64,000 nucleotides of DNA from an uncultured Verrucomicrobiota bacterium. GTDB taxonomy: Bacteria > Verrucomicrobiota > Kiritimatiellia > CAIQIC01 > Lenti-01. The stretch is taken from contig CALKWZ010000022.1 in the NCBI GenBank assembly GCA_938003985.1, positions 3,749-67,748 of the forward strand. Direction: 5' to 3'. Below are positions 20,449 through 28,422 of this stretch, one piece after another; the first letter of the stretch is position 1, and every line of letters begins with the position of its first letter. The position numbers and the translations under genes were made by a program. The notes beneath the pieces were generated by a model. That model was not told where the DNA came from. It made no database searches and saw nothing but the letters and a program-made list of their open reading frames with translations.

Positions 20449-20904
20449 TCAGACGAGGCCGAGCAGGGCGGCGGCGCGGGCGGGCTCGATGCGATAGCGG
20501 GAGCCGTGGCCTTGGAAGAAGGCGTGTTTTTCGATCAGCGCGAGGCCAAGGGCGGTCAGCACGATCTGCTCGCCGGCGGCGGACGACAGGACGACGTCGC
20601 CTTTTTCGAAGACGCCGTCGCCGCGGAAGGGGGACGGAATGCGGCCCATGGATTCGTGGGCGACGGCCGTCACGCCGGGGCGGATCGCGACTTCGCCGCC
20701 GAACGCGGCGCGGGCCTTTTCGTAGGCGTCGCGGAGCGCCGCGAGCAGGGCTTCTTTGGAGACGCCGAGCTGCGCGAGGGCGTGGAGGTCGGCGGCGACG
20801 ATTTCATCGACGGGCCGATGGTCGGTGCCGAGGAAGCCTTCGCCGGAGAACTTGGACGCGCCGAGGCGGTCTTCGAGGGCTTTGTCTTCGGGCGTTTCTT
20901 GCAT
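20449..20904 (-). CDS. hypothetical protein (151 aa, no Cys) encoded directly downstream of nqrF
   Basis: ATG 20904, GC3-biased. No recognised motif; not NqrM (no Cys, too long). Convergent with the preceding + strand gene (stops 2 nt apart). Confidence 0.5.
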   Translation of the reverse strand: MQETPEDKALEDRLGASKFSGEGFLGTDHRPVDEIVAADLHALAQLGVSKEALLAALRDAYEKARAAFGGEVAIRPGVTAVAHESMGRIPSPFRGDGVFEKGDVVLSSAAGEQIVLTALGLALIEKHAFFQGHGSRYRIEPARAAALLGLV

Positions 20905-21025
20905 AAATTCAGTTCCGATCTTTGACAGGATTAACAGGATTTTTCAGGATGAACAGGATTAATGCCGTTCGGGGTTTTCAATTCTGTAAATCCTGCCAAA
21001 TCTTGTAAATCCTGTCTAAAAGGGT
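20905..21025. repeat. AT-rich imperfect long hairpin built from ACAGGATT / AATCCTG units between nqrF stop and the downstream gene
   Basis: gacaggattaacaggatttttcaggatgaacaggattaatgcc ... ggttttcaattctgtaaatcctgccaaatcttgtaaatcctgtc; about 35% GC in a roughly 70% GC context; arms are mutually complementary. Confidence 0.7.
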
Positions 21026-22129
21026 TCAGGAGAATTTGTCGTAGAAGACGCTTTGTTCGGGCATGCCGTTTTTCGTCAGGACGGCGATGGAGGCGTCGAT
21101 CATGCCGGGGGAGCCGCAGAGATAGGCTTCGTGCTTGGAAGCGTCGGGGAAGTGGCGGGCGACGACTTCGGTGATCAGGCCGCGTTCGCCGGTCCAGCCG
21201 GAATCGGCGGGTTCCTTGGAGAGCGCCGGGACGAACTTGAACCAAGGGCATTCCTTTTCGAGCTGCCGGAATTCATCCAGGAAGAACAGGTCGCGCTGGG
21301 TGAGGGCGCCGAAGAAGTAGGTGGTGGGCCGGGCGATGCCTTTTTCCTTCATGTCGCGCACGATGGACCAGATGGGCGCCATGCCCGAGCCGCCGGCGAT
21401 GCAGATGATGGGCGCTTGCGTGTCGGACAGATGGAAGAAGCCGTAGGGGCCGGAGAAGAAGATCTCCGCGCCTTCCTTGAGATGGTCGAAAACCCAGGTG
21501 GTGCAGATGCCGTCGGGCACGCGGCGGATGATGAGTTCGAGATGGTTTTTGTCCGACGGCAGGGAGGAAATGGAATAGCCGCGCATGACCGACTCATGGC
21601 CCTTGTAGTCGGCGGACTCGAGCTGGACGTATTGGCCGGCCTCGAAAGAAATGGAACCGGGCTCGAGCAATTGCATCCGCAGTTCGACGATGTCGTGGGT
21701 GAGCGGCTTCTTGTGGACGAGCTTGGCGCGGAAACGGGAGACGGAGAACAGTTCGTCGGGGATTTCGATCTTCAGGTCGCGGCGGACCTTGACCTGGCAG
21801 GCCAGCCGGACGTTGTCCTTGCGCTCGGCGGGGGTGAGATAGGGTTCCTCGACGGGGCCGATCAGGCCGCCGCCCTCCTGGACCTTCAGCTTGCAGTAGG
21901 CGCAGGAGCCGCGGCCGCCGCAGGCGGAGGGAATGAAGATGTTCTTTTCGGCGAGGGAGGAAAGGAGGGACGAGCCGCCCTCGACGTCGAGGACCTTCCG
22001 GCCCGCGTTGACGTCGACGTGGCAGGTGCCGTAGTTGAGGATCTTCTTCTCGGCCAGCACGAGCAGCCCGGCGAGCACGAGCCCGCAGGCGAGAAGGAAA
22101 CCGACCGAGATGAGGATGGAGACGAGCAT
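21026..22129 (-). CDS. nqrF: Na+-translocating NADH:quinone oxidoreductase subunit F (2Fe-2S ferredoxin + FAD/NAD-binding)
   Basis: N-terminal TM helix; 2Fe-2S motif CGGRGSCAYC...C; FAD-binding RGYSISS; NAD-binding GGSGMAP; ends ...VFYDKFS like NqrF. Confidence 0.9.
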   Translation of the reverse strand: MLVSILISVGFLLACGLVLAGLLVLAEKKILNYGTCHVDVNAGRKVLDVEGGSSLLSSLAEKNIFIPSACGGRGSCAYCKLKVQEGGGLIGPVEEPYLTPAERKDNVRLACQVKVRRDLKIEIPDELFSVSRFRAKLVHKKPLTHDIVELRMQLLEPGSISFEAGQYVQLESADYKGHESVMRGYSISSLPSDKNHLELIIRRVPDGICTTWVFDHLKEGAEIFFSGPYGFFHLSDTQAPIICIAGGSGMAPIWSIVRDMKEKGIARPTTYFFGALTQRDLFFLDEFRQLEKECPWFKFVPALSKEPADSGWTGERGLITEVVARHFPDASKHEAYLCGSPGMIDASIAVLTKNGMPEQSVFYDKFS

Positions 22130-22133
22130 GGGG

Positions 22134-22742
22134 TCAGATCTTGATCATGCCGGAGAAGCCGACGAAGGCGAGGGCCATGATGCCGATGACGACGAGGGTG
22201 ATGCCGGGCCCGGCGAGGCCCTTGGGAAGGGCGGCTTCGTTGATCTTTTCGCGGATGCCGCCGATGAGGGCGATGGCCAGGAACCAGCCGAAGCCGCCGC
22301 CGAGACCGAAGGCGAAGGCCTGGAGGAAGCTGTACGGCTTGTTGAGCATGAAGAGCGAAATGCCGAGGATGGCGCAGTTGACCGTGATCAGCGGCAGGAA
22401 GATGCCGAGGGAGTTGTAGAGCTTTTCCGAGACCCGCTCGATGATCATTTCCACCAATTGGGTGAAAGCGGCGATGACGACGATAAAGACGATCAGCCGC
22501 AGGTACTCGAGACGGAGGGGCACGAGCAGGTAGGTGTAGACAAGGTAGTTGAGCGCGGCGGTGGTGGCGGTGACGAACATGACGGCCACGCCGAGGCCCA
22601 GGCTGGTGTCCACTTTCTTCGACACGCCCAAACACGAGCACATGCCGAGGAAGCGCGCCATCAGGATGTTGTCCGTGAACGCCGCCGACACGAAGATCAG
22701 CAGGAAAGACGAGAGAAATCCCATTTCGGAGAGCGGGGTCAT
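22134..22742 (-). CDS. nqrE: Na+-NQR subunit E
   Basis: Aligns with Vibrio NqrE (FLGMCSCLGVSKKVDTSLGLGVAV; LGIFLPLITVNCAILG). ATG 22742 overlaps nqrD stop (ATGA). Confidence 0.85.
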   Translation of the reverse strand: MTPLSEMGFLSSFLLIFVSAAFTDNILMARFLGMCSCLGVSKKVDTSLGLGVAVMFVTATTAALNYLVYTYLLVPLRLEYLRLIVFIVVIAAFTQLVEMIIERVSEKLYNSLGIFLPLITVNCAILGISLFMLNKPYSFLQAFAFGLGGGFGWFLAIALIGGIREKINEAALPKGLAGPGITLVVIGIMALAFVGFSGMIKI

Positions 22743-23350
22743 TTCGCTTCCTCCTTGACCAGCCGGGCGCGGGCGATCCAGGTCAGGATGGCCAGCATGA
22801 AGAACGCGCCGGGGGGCATGACCATGATGGTCCATTGGTGCCACCAGAGGTCGCGGGCCGGCAGGACGTAGCCGAGCACGGTGCCGAACCCCATGATTTC
22901 GCGGACGATCGCGATCGCGACGAGCACGGCGGTGTAGCCGAGGCCGTTGGCGAAGCCGTCGACGAGCGCCGGCAGGGGCTTGTTCTGGCTGGCGAAGGCT
23001 TCGGCGCGGCCCATGATGATGCAGTTGGTGATGATCAGGCCGACGTAGGGGCCGATGAAGCGGTGGATGTCGGGCGCGACGGCCTTGATGAGGATGTCGA
23101 TCATCATGACGTAGCAGGCGATGATGACGACCTGCACGATCATGCGGATGCGCACGGGAATGTAGTTGCGCAGCAGGGACACGGTGAACGCCGTCAGGGC
23201 GGTGGCGAAGGTGACGCCGAAGCCCATGAACAGCGTGTTGACCACGAGATTGGTCACGGCCAGCGCGGAACAGATGCCGAGCACCTGGCGGAAGATCGGA
23301 TTCTCGACCAGGAGGCCGTCTTTCAGGATTTTGCCGTAGGTGGAAGCCAT
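22739..23350 (-). CDS. nqrD: Na+-NQR subunit D
   Basis: NqrD/RnfE-family sequence (NPIFRQVLGICSALAVT..., GLIITNCIIMGRAEAFA). ATG 23350, 10 nt downstream of nqrC stop. Confidence 0.9.
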   Translation of the reverse strand: MASTYGKILKDGLLVENPIFRQVLGICSALAVTNLVVNTLFMGFGVTFATALTAFTVSLLRNYIPVRIRMIVQVVIIACYVMMIDILIKAVAPDIHRFIGPYVGLIITNCIIMGRAEAFASQNKPLPALVDGFANGLGYTAVLVAIAIVREIMGFGTVLGYVLPARDLWWHQWTIMVMPPGAFFMLAILTWIARARLVKEEAK

Positions 23351-23360
23351 GGAAGGGGGG

Positions 23361-24002
23361 TCAGGGTTCGGGGTTCAGGGGTTGGGGTGCGGCGGAATAG
23401 GCGGCGCGGAAGGCGGCGAGTTCGTCGTTGAGGAAGCGCATGAGGGCCATGGAGGTCTGGGTGGCGCCGGTGATGGCGTCCACTTCGTTGGCCGCGTTGG
23501 GGGCGGGATTGGCGCCGACGAGGATGCGGCTCTCGGCCGGAGCCTCCCAGGCCACGGAGAGGCCCTTGAATTGGTCCGTGAACCACGGTTCTTCGATGCG
23601 GGCGCCGAGGCCGGGAGTTTCCTTTTGATCGAGCACCTGGACGTTCAGGACGTTCCGCAGGTCGGGCGAAAGCACGACGACGACGTCGATGCGGTCCCAA
23701 AAGCCCATGCCGCCGGCGACGAAACCGACGCCTTCCCGGCCGGGCGCGCCGCACTCGTAGACGGTGCGGCCGCCGACGGTGGCGGTCCGGAGCGCGGCGT
23801 CGACGGCCTGCTGGTAGGCCTCGGCCGAGGTGCCGGCGACGTCGAGTTGGAACGCGCGGCACAGGACGCGGTTGCGGTGCATGGCCGCGTTCTTGGCGAG
23901 CAGGCCCTGCGTGGCGTAGTTGACGACGGAAATGCCCGTGCCGAACACGAGGCAGATGGCGGCCATGAACGACAGGACGTAGGCGGGGGATTTCTTGTTC
24001 AC
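23361..24002 (-). CDS. nqrC: Na+-NQR subunit C (FMN-binding)
   Basis: C-terminal 213 aa of the long track ORF. N-terminal TM helix AYVLSFMAAICLVFGTGISVV; FMN-attachment motif ITGATQTS. GTG 24002 overlaps nqrB stop (GTGA); alternative ATG 23966 would cut into the TM helix. Confidence 0.75.
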   Translation of the reverse strand: MNKKSPAYVLSFMAAICLVFGTGISVVNYATQGLLAKNAAMHRNRVLCRAFQLDVAGTSAEAYQQAVDAALRTATVGGRTVYECGAPGREGVGFVAGGMGFWDRIDVVVVLSPDLRNVLNVQVLDQKETPGLGARIEEPWFTDQFKGLSVAWEAPAESRILVGANPAPNAANEVDAITGATQTSMALMRFLNDELAAFRAAYSAAPQPLNPEP

Positions 24003-25042
24003 GCCTTCACCGCCGGTTTCTTGGGCGCCTGGAAGCGCTTGATCCAGAGGTCGAGGGAGGGCGCGAGCATGTTGCCGAGCAGGATGGCGAAGGCCACGCC
24101 GCCGGCGAAAACGGCCTTGTAGCGCAAGAATACGATCATGGCGCCGATGAAGACGGAATAGACCCAGACGGATTCCTTCAGGCGCGGGGCGGAAATGGGA
24201 TCGGTGACCATGAAGACCGCGGCGTAGAGGAACGCGCCGGAGAAGAGCGTGAACGGCAGCGGCGGGACGGCGGCGATGCCCAGCGCGTTGCGGAGCAGCA
24301 GATTCATGCCGACCGCGCCCAGCAGCGTGCCCAGCATCAGGCGCCAGTTGGCGGTCTTGGTCCAAAGCAGATAGATGGCGCCGAGCAAAATCGCGAGCGC
24401 GCAGACTTCGCCCGCGGAGCCGGCGGCCAGCGCGCGGGCCTGGCCGGCGCGGTCGAACAGCCCGCCGATCTGGCCCGTGACGAGGTCCCAGATCCGGACC
24501 TCGAAGCCGTAGTCGCGGCGGGACCACATGGGCGTGGCGGCGGTGACGGCATCGACGACTTTCAGGCCGGGCGCGGCGAGTTCGGCGGGCAGTTCCTGGA
24601 GCGCGTCGAAACTCCAACGGGCGAACCCGCCGGGGAATCCGCGGAAGGCGGGCACGAAACGCGAGGTCATTTCGACGGGGAAGCAGACGTAGACGAACGC
24701 GCGGCCGACGACGGCGGGATTGAAGACGTTCTTGCCGAAGCCGCCGAAGACCATTTTGCCGAACACGATGCCGAAGACGACGCCGACCGCGGCGACCCAA
24801 AACGGCGTGGTCGGCGGCAGGGAAAGGCCGAAGAGCGCGGCGGTGACCCAGACCGCTTGGGAAATCTTGCCGTTTTTGGCGGGGATCATGGCCCATTCCG
24901 CCAAGAAGGCGAACGCGCAGGAGACGGCCACGAGGGCGAGCACGCGCCAGCCGAACAAATACACCGCCGCGACCGCGACCGGAATCAGCGCGTAGAGCAC
25001 GCGCAGCATCATGGGTTGCTTCAGGAAGGCGGGCTTGTTCAT
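23999..25042 (-). CDS. nqrB: Na+-NQR subunit B (NqrB/RnfD family)
   Basis: Polytopic NqrB/RnfD-family protein (...GGFGKNVFNPAVVGRAF..., ...FMVTDPISAP...). ATG 25042. Shorter than Vibrio NqrB (347 aa). Confidence 0.8.
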   Translation of the reverse strand: MNKPAFLKQPMMLRVLYALIPVAVAAVYLFGWRVLALVAVSCAFAFLAEWAMIPAKNGKISQAVWVTAALFGLSLPPTTPFWVAAVGVVFGIVFGKMVFGGFGKNVFNPAVVGRAFVYVCFPVEMTSRFVPAFRGFPGGFARWSFDALQELPAELAAPGLKVVDAVTAATPMWSRRDYGFEVRIWDLVTGQIGGLFDRAGQARALAAGSAGEVCALAILLGAIYLLWTKTANWRLMLGTLLGAVGMNLLLRNALGIAAVPPLPFTLFSGAFLYAAVFMVTDPISAPRLKESVWVYSVFIGAMIVFLRYKAVFAGGVAFAILLGNMLAPSLDLWIKRFQAPKKPAVKA

Positions 25043-25126
25043 GGAATGGAGCCGAAGGTATCCGAGGAATGCCTGCGGTTCAAGTCGGATTCGGAAAGAC
25101 CGCGCGGCGCCGGCGCAAACCGCCGC

Positions 25127-25543
25127 CTACAAATGGTAGTCGCCGGCGGCTTCGGGCTGGTACGGGATGTCCACGATCTTGATTTGGCGGGGGCCGCCGG
25201 GCGTCTGCCAGGTGATGGTGTCGCCCTTGGAATAGCCGAGAATGGCGGTGCCGATCGGGGAGACGACCGACAGGCGGCCCCGGGCGACGTCGGCCTGCTC
25301 GGGGAAGACGAGGGTGTATTCGGAGTCTTCCCCGTTTTCGACGTCCTTGACGACCACGCGGGAGTTCATGGTGACGACGTCGGCCGGGACGGACTTGGGA
25401 TCGACGACTTCGGCGATCGTCAGTTCGCGGGCCAGTTCCTTGAGGAAGGCGGCGTCGCGATGTTTGCCGGCGAGGGCTTCTTCGAGCATGAGGGTCAGGC
25501 GCTGGTGGTCTTGGCGGGTGATGAAAATCTGGCGGTTGGTCAT
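25127..25543 (-). CDS. GreA/GreB-family protein (short, Rnk-like; regulator of nucleoside diphosphate kinase type)
   Basis: 138 aa with the GreA/GreB C-terminal FKBP-like domain (VVTMNSRVVVKDVENGEDSEYTLV...PIGTAILGYSKGDTITWQTPGG) but a truncated N-terminal coiled coil. Confidence 0.75.
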   Translation of the reverse strand: MTNRQIFITRQDHQRLTLMLEEALAGKHRDAAFLKELARELTIAEVVDPKSVPADVVTMNSRVVVKDVENGEDSEYTLVFPEQADVARGRLSVVSPIGTAILGYSKGDTITWQTPGGPRQIKIVDIPYQPEAAGDYHL

Positions 25544-25572
25544 GGGGGACCTCCTTTCGAGGCGGGGGCGGG

Positions 25573-26556
25573 TTACAGGATCTTGAACTTGGGCAGATCC
25601 TGGATGTCGATCATGCCGGCGAGGGTGCCGTCGGCGTTCAGGACGACGAGGTCGTCGAAACGGTGTTTCTGGAAGATGGCCAGGGCGTCGGCGGCGAGGC
25701 GGCCGGAGAGGACCGACGAGGGGCTCTTCGTCATGAGATCGGCGACGGGCCGGGTCTGGACGTCGGTGGCGCCGCCGGCGAGGTAGCGGCGCAGGTCGCC
25801 GTCGGTGAAGAGGCCGACGACGCGGCGGGTGGCGTCCACGACGGCAACGGCGCCGGCCTGGACCTTGGTCATGGCGATGACGGCGGCGCCGACGGTGGCG
25901 GATACGGGGACGGACGCGAGGCGGTCGCCGGTGCGCATGATGTCGTCCACCTTCAGCAGGAGGGCGCGGCCGATGGCGCCGCCGGGATGGAAGGCGGCGT
26001 ATTCCTCGCGGGTGAGGCCGCGGGCTTCGAGGAGCGCGATGGCCAGCGCGTCGCCGATGGCCAGCGCGACCGTGGTGGACGCGGTGGGCACGAGATTGAA
26101 CGGGCAGGCCTCGCGCTCCACGGAAGCGTCGAGTACGACGTCCGAATGCTTGGCGAGGGTGGAAGCCGGGTCGCCGGTGAGGGCGACGATGCGCACGCCG
26201 GTACGCTTGAGGATGGGCAGCAGATTGACGAGCTCGTCCGACTCGCCGGAATAGGACAGCGCGAGGACGGCGTCTTCGGCCTGCAGCAGGCCGAGATCGC
26301 CGTGCATGGCCTCGGAGGGATGCAGGACGTTGGCGGGGGCGCCGGTGCTGGTAAGGGTGGCGGCGATCTTCTGGCCGATGTGGAAGGATTTGCCGACGCC
26401 GGTGACGATGATCTTGCCGCCGCCGGCGAGGGTGGCCTGGAGCGCCTCGACCGCGGCGTCGAACGCGCCGTCGAGCCGCTCGCGGGTGCGCCGCAGGGCG
26501 GCGATCTCGACGTCGAAGACGGCCTGGGCCTTGGCCAGATGGGAAGTCGCGCTCAT
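25573..26556 (-). CDS. kdsD: arabinose-5-phosphate isomerase (KpsF/GutQ family: SIS + tandem CBS)
   Basis: SIS motif GKIIVTGVGKSFHIGQKIAATL, ALSYSGESDE, two CBS domains at the C-terminus. Confidence 0.85.
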   Translation of the reverse strand: MSATSHLAKAQAVFDVEIAALRRTRERLDGAFDAAVEALQATLAGGGKIIVTGVGKSFHIGQKIAATLTSTGAPANVLHPSEAMHGDLGLLQAEDAVLALSYSGESDELVNLLPILKRTGVRIVALTGDPASTLAKHSDVVLDASVEREACPFNLVPTASTTVALAIGDALAIALLEARGLTREEYAAFHPGGAIGRALLLKVDDIMRTGDRLASVPVSATVGAAVIAMTKVQAGAVAVVDATRRVVGLFTDGDLRRYLAGGATDVQTRPVADLMTKSPSSVLSGRLAADALAIFQKHRFDDLVVLNADGTLAGMIDIQDLPKFKIL

Positions 26557-26642
26557 GGAAGGAATCTAGCGGAAACGGCCGGCCAGGGCAAGCCTTCCCC
26601 GGCCCGGAAAACGACCGGGAAACCGGCGGGGCTGAAAATCCG

Positions 26643-27881
26643 TCAGACGCGGATCTGGCCGTTGCCCTGGACGACGAACTTGTAGGTGGTGAGTTCTTCG
26701 AGGCCCATCGGGCCGCGGGCGTGGAGCTTGTCGGTGGAGATGCCGATTTCGGCGCCCATGCCGAATTCGCCGCCGTCGGTGAACCGGGTGGAGGCGTTGG
26801 CGTAGACGCAGGCGGAATCGACCTCGTCGAGGAACTTCTCCTGGGCCTTTTTGTCGGCGGACAGGATCACGTCGGAATGGTGCGAGCCGTGGCGGTTGAT
26901 CCAGGCGATGGCAGCGGCGAGCGAAGGCACGACGCCGACGGTCAGGATGAGATCGAGGTATTCCTCGTCCCAGTCCGCGGCGGCCGCGGGCTTGAGGGCG
27001 GGGACGATCGCGCGCGCGGCGTCGTCGCCGCGCAGCTCGACGCGCTTGGCGGCCATGAGGGCGGCCAGCCGGGGCAGGAACGTCGCGGCGATCTTTTCGT
27101 GGACGAGCACTTTTTCCAGCGCGTTGCAGACGCCGGGGCGGCTGCACTTGGCGTTTTCGACGATGGCGAGGGCCTGGTCCAGGTCGGCGGCTTCGTCGAC
27201 GTAGGCGTAGCAGACGCCCTTGTAGTGCTTGATGACGGGGACGTAGGCCTGCTCGGTGACGGCGCGGATGAGTTTTTCGCCGCCGCGGGGAATGACGAGG
27301 TCCACGCGGCCTTCGAGCTGGACGAGCTCGCGCACGGCGTCGTGGTCGGTGGTGGTGATCAGCTGGATGGAATCCGCGGGCAGGCCCTTGCGGGTGCCGC
27401 CGGCCTGGAGGACGTCCACGAGCGCCTTGTTGGATTCGAGGGCTTCCTTGCCGCCGCGCAGGATGACGGCGTTGGAGGTCTTGAAGCAGAGGGCGGCGGC
27501 GTCCACGGCGACGTTGGGGCGGGACTCGAAGATGATGCCGATGACGCCGATGGGAACGCGGACCTTGTGGATGACGAGGCCGTTGGGGCGGATCCAACGG
27601 GAAATCTTCTGGCCGACGGGGTCTTTGAGGCCGACGAGGGCGCGGACGCCGTTGATCATGGCGTCCATGCGCTTGTCGGTCAGCAGGAGGCGGTCGAGCA
27701 GGGCGTCGGAGAGGCCGGCGGCGCGGCCGGCGGCCATGTCGCGGGCGTTGGCTTCCTTGATCTGGTCGCGGCCGGCGTCGAGCGCTTCCGCCATGGCCTC
27801 GAGGATGAGGTTCTTGCGGCGCGAGCCCAAGGTGGCCAGCTGGCGGGCGGCGGCGACGGCGCGGTCGCCCATGTCGATCAT
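26643..27881 (-). CDS. proA: gamma-glutamyl phosphate reductase
   Basis: Full-length alignment to E. coli ProA (MIDMGDRAVAAARQLATLGS vs [21 protein letters not shown]; ...HARGPMGLEELTTYK). In-frame ATGs at 27881, 27899 and 27926; 27881 chosen by homology. 27926 lies inside the heptamer repeat. Confidence 0.85.
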   Translation of the reverse strand: MIDMGDRAVAAARQLATLGSRRKNLILEAMAEALDAGRDQIKEANARDMAAGRAAGLSDALLDRLLLTDKRMDAMINGVRALVGLKDPVGQKISRWIRPNGLVIHKVRVPIGVIGIIFESRPNVAVDAAALCFKTSNAVILRGGKEALESNKALVDVLQAGGTRKGLPADSIQLITTTDHDAVRELVQLEGRVDLVIPRGGEKLIRAVTEQAYVPVIKHYKGVCYAYVDEAADLDQALAIVENAKCSRPGVCNALEKVLVHEKIAATFLPRLAALMAAKRVELRGDDAARAIVPALKPAAAADWDEEYLDLILTVGVVPSLAAAIAWINRHGSHHSDVILSADKKAQEKFLDEVDSACVYANASTRFTDGGEFGMGAEIGISTDKLHARGPMGLEELTTYKFVVQGNGQIRV

Positions 27882-27913
27882 GGTTTCGTGCAGGGTCATG
27901 GCTGTTCCATAGA

Positions 27914-27944
27914 GTTCACGGTTCACAGTTCACGGTTCACGGTT
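27914..27944. repeat. tandem heptamer repeat GTTCACR x4.4 (left arm of inverted repeat flanking the four-helix-bundle gene)
   Basis: gttcacg gttcaca gttcacg gttcacg gtt at 27914-27944, immediately upstream (in transcription order) of proA. Confidence 0.85.
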
Positions 27945-27949
27945 GGAAG

Positions 27950-28381
27950 TCAAGAGTCCTGAGGGGGCGGCGGGGCCGGAAGTTTAACTTTGCGGGCCAT
28001 TGAGATCGCCCGGGCGGTTTCATATTTGCGCAGATAGTTGATGAATCCGCGCATGGTTGCGCGGGTGCTACGGGCTTGTTCGTAGGCGGCCTTGAACTCC
28101 GCAGGGGACAGATAGGCCTCGTCCAGCGCCAGATGCAATTCGCTTTGGACTTCCGAGCAGGAGCGTTTGGCATAGCGCAGGAAACGGATGAACTCGACGT
28201 TGGTCTCGGAATCGAAACCTTCGGCGACGTTGTGCATGGCGGATCCGGCCGCGGCCCGAATTTGGTTTCTCAGCTCTTGGTCTTTGGCAAAAGAGGGCTT
28301 TTGGGTCAGGCGATAGACCATGCGGGTCAGTTCCCGGGCCCGTTGCCAAGCTTCGACGTCTTCAAACCGTTCGATTTTCAT
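27950..28381 (-). CDS. four-helix-bundle protein (TIGR02436-like, '23S rRNA intervening-sequence protein' family)
   Basis: ATG 28381. Sequence FEDVEAWQRARELTRMVYRLTQKPSFAKDQELRNQIRAAAGSAMHNVAEGF...FIRFLRYAKRSCSEVQSELHLALDEAYL matches that family. Sits in the proB–proA spacer. Confidence 0.8.
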   Translation of the reverse strand: MKIERFEDVEAWQRARELTRMVYRLTQKPSFAKDQELRNQIRAAAGSAMHNVAEGFDSETNVEFIRFLRYAKRSCSEVQSELHLALDEAYLSPAEFKAAYEQARSTRATMRGFINYLRKYETARAISMARKVKLPAPPPPQDS

Positions 28382-28390
28382 GGTTCCTCA

Positions 28391-28421
28391 ACCTTGAACC
28401 GTGAACCTTGAACTGTGAACT
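28391..28421. repeat. tandem heptamer repeat (TTGAACC GTGAACC TTGAACT GTGAACT), reverse complement of the 27914-27944 repeat; right arm of inverted repeat
   Basis: ttgaacc gtgaacc ttgaact gtgaact at 28394-28421; its reverse complement is GTTCACA GTTCAAG GTTCACG GTTCAAG. Ends 2 nt before proB stop (28423). Confidence 0.85.
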
Positions 28422-28422
28422 C

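Noticed and set aside
24003-24896. N-terminal 298 aa of the 511-aa track ORF containing nqrC
   Set aside because: Overlaps nqrB out of frame and is Arg-rich. nqrC starts at GTG 24002 (GTGA overlap) just before its TM helix.
27899-27926. Longest proA start (ATG 27926, MNRELYGTAM...)
   Set aside because: Its first codons (atgaaccgtgaactc) are the GTTCAC heptamer repeat itself. Homology to E. coli ProA begins at the ATG 27881 / MIDMG region, so the upstream ATGs are probably fortuitous.
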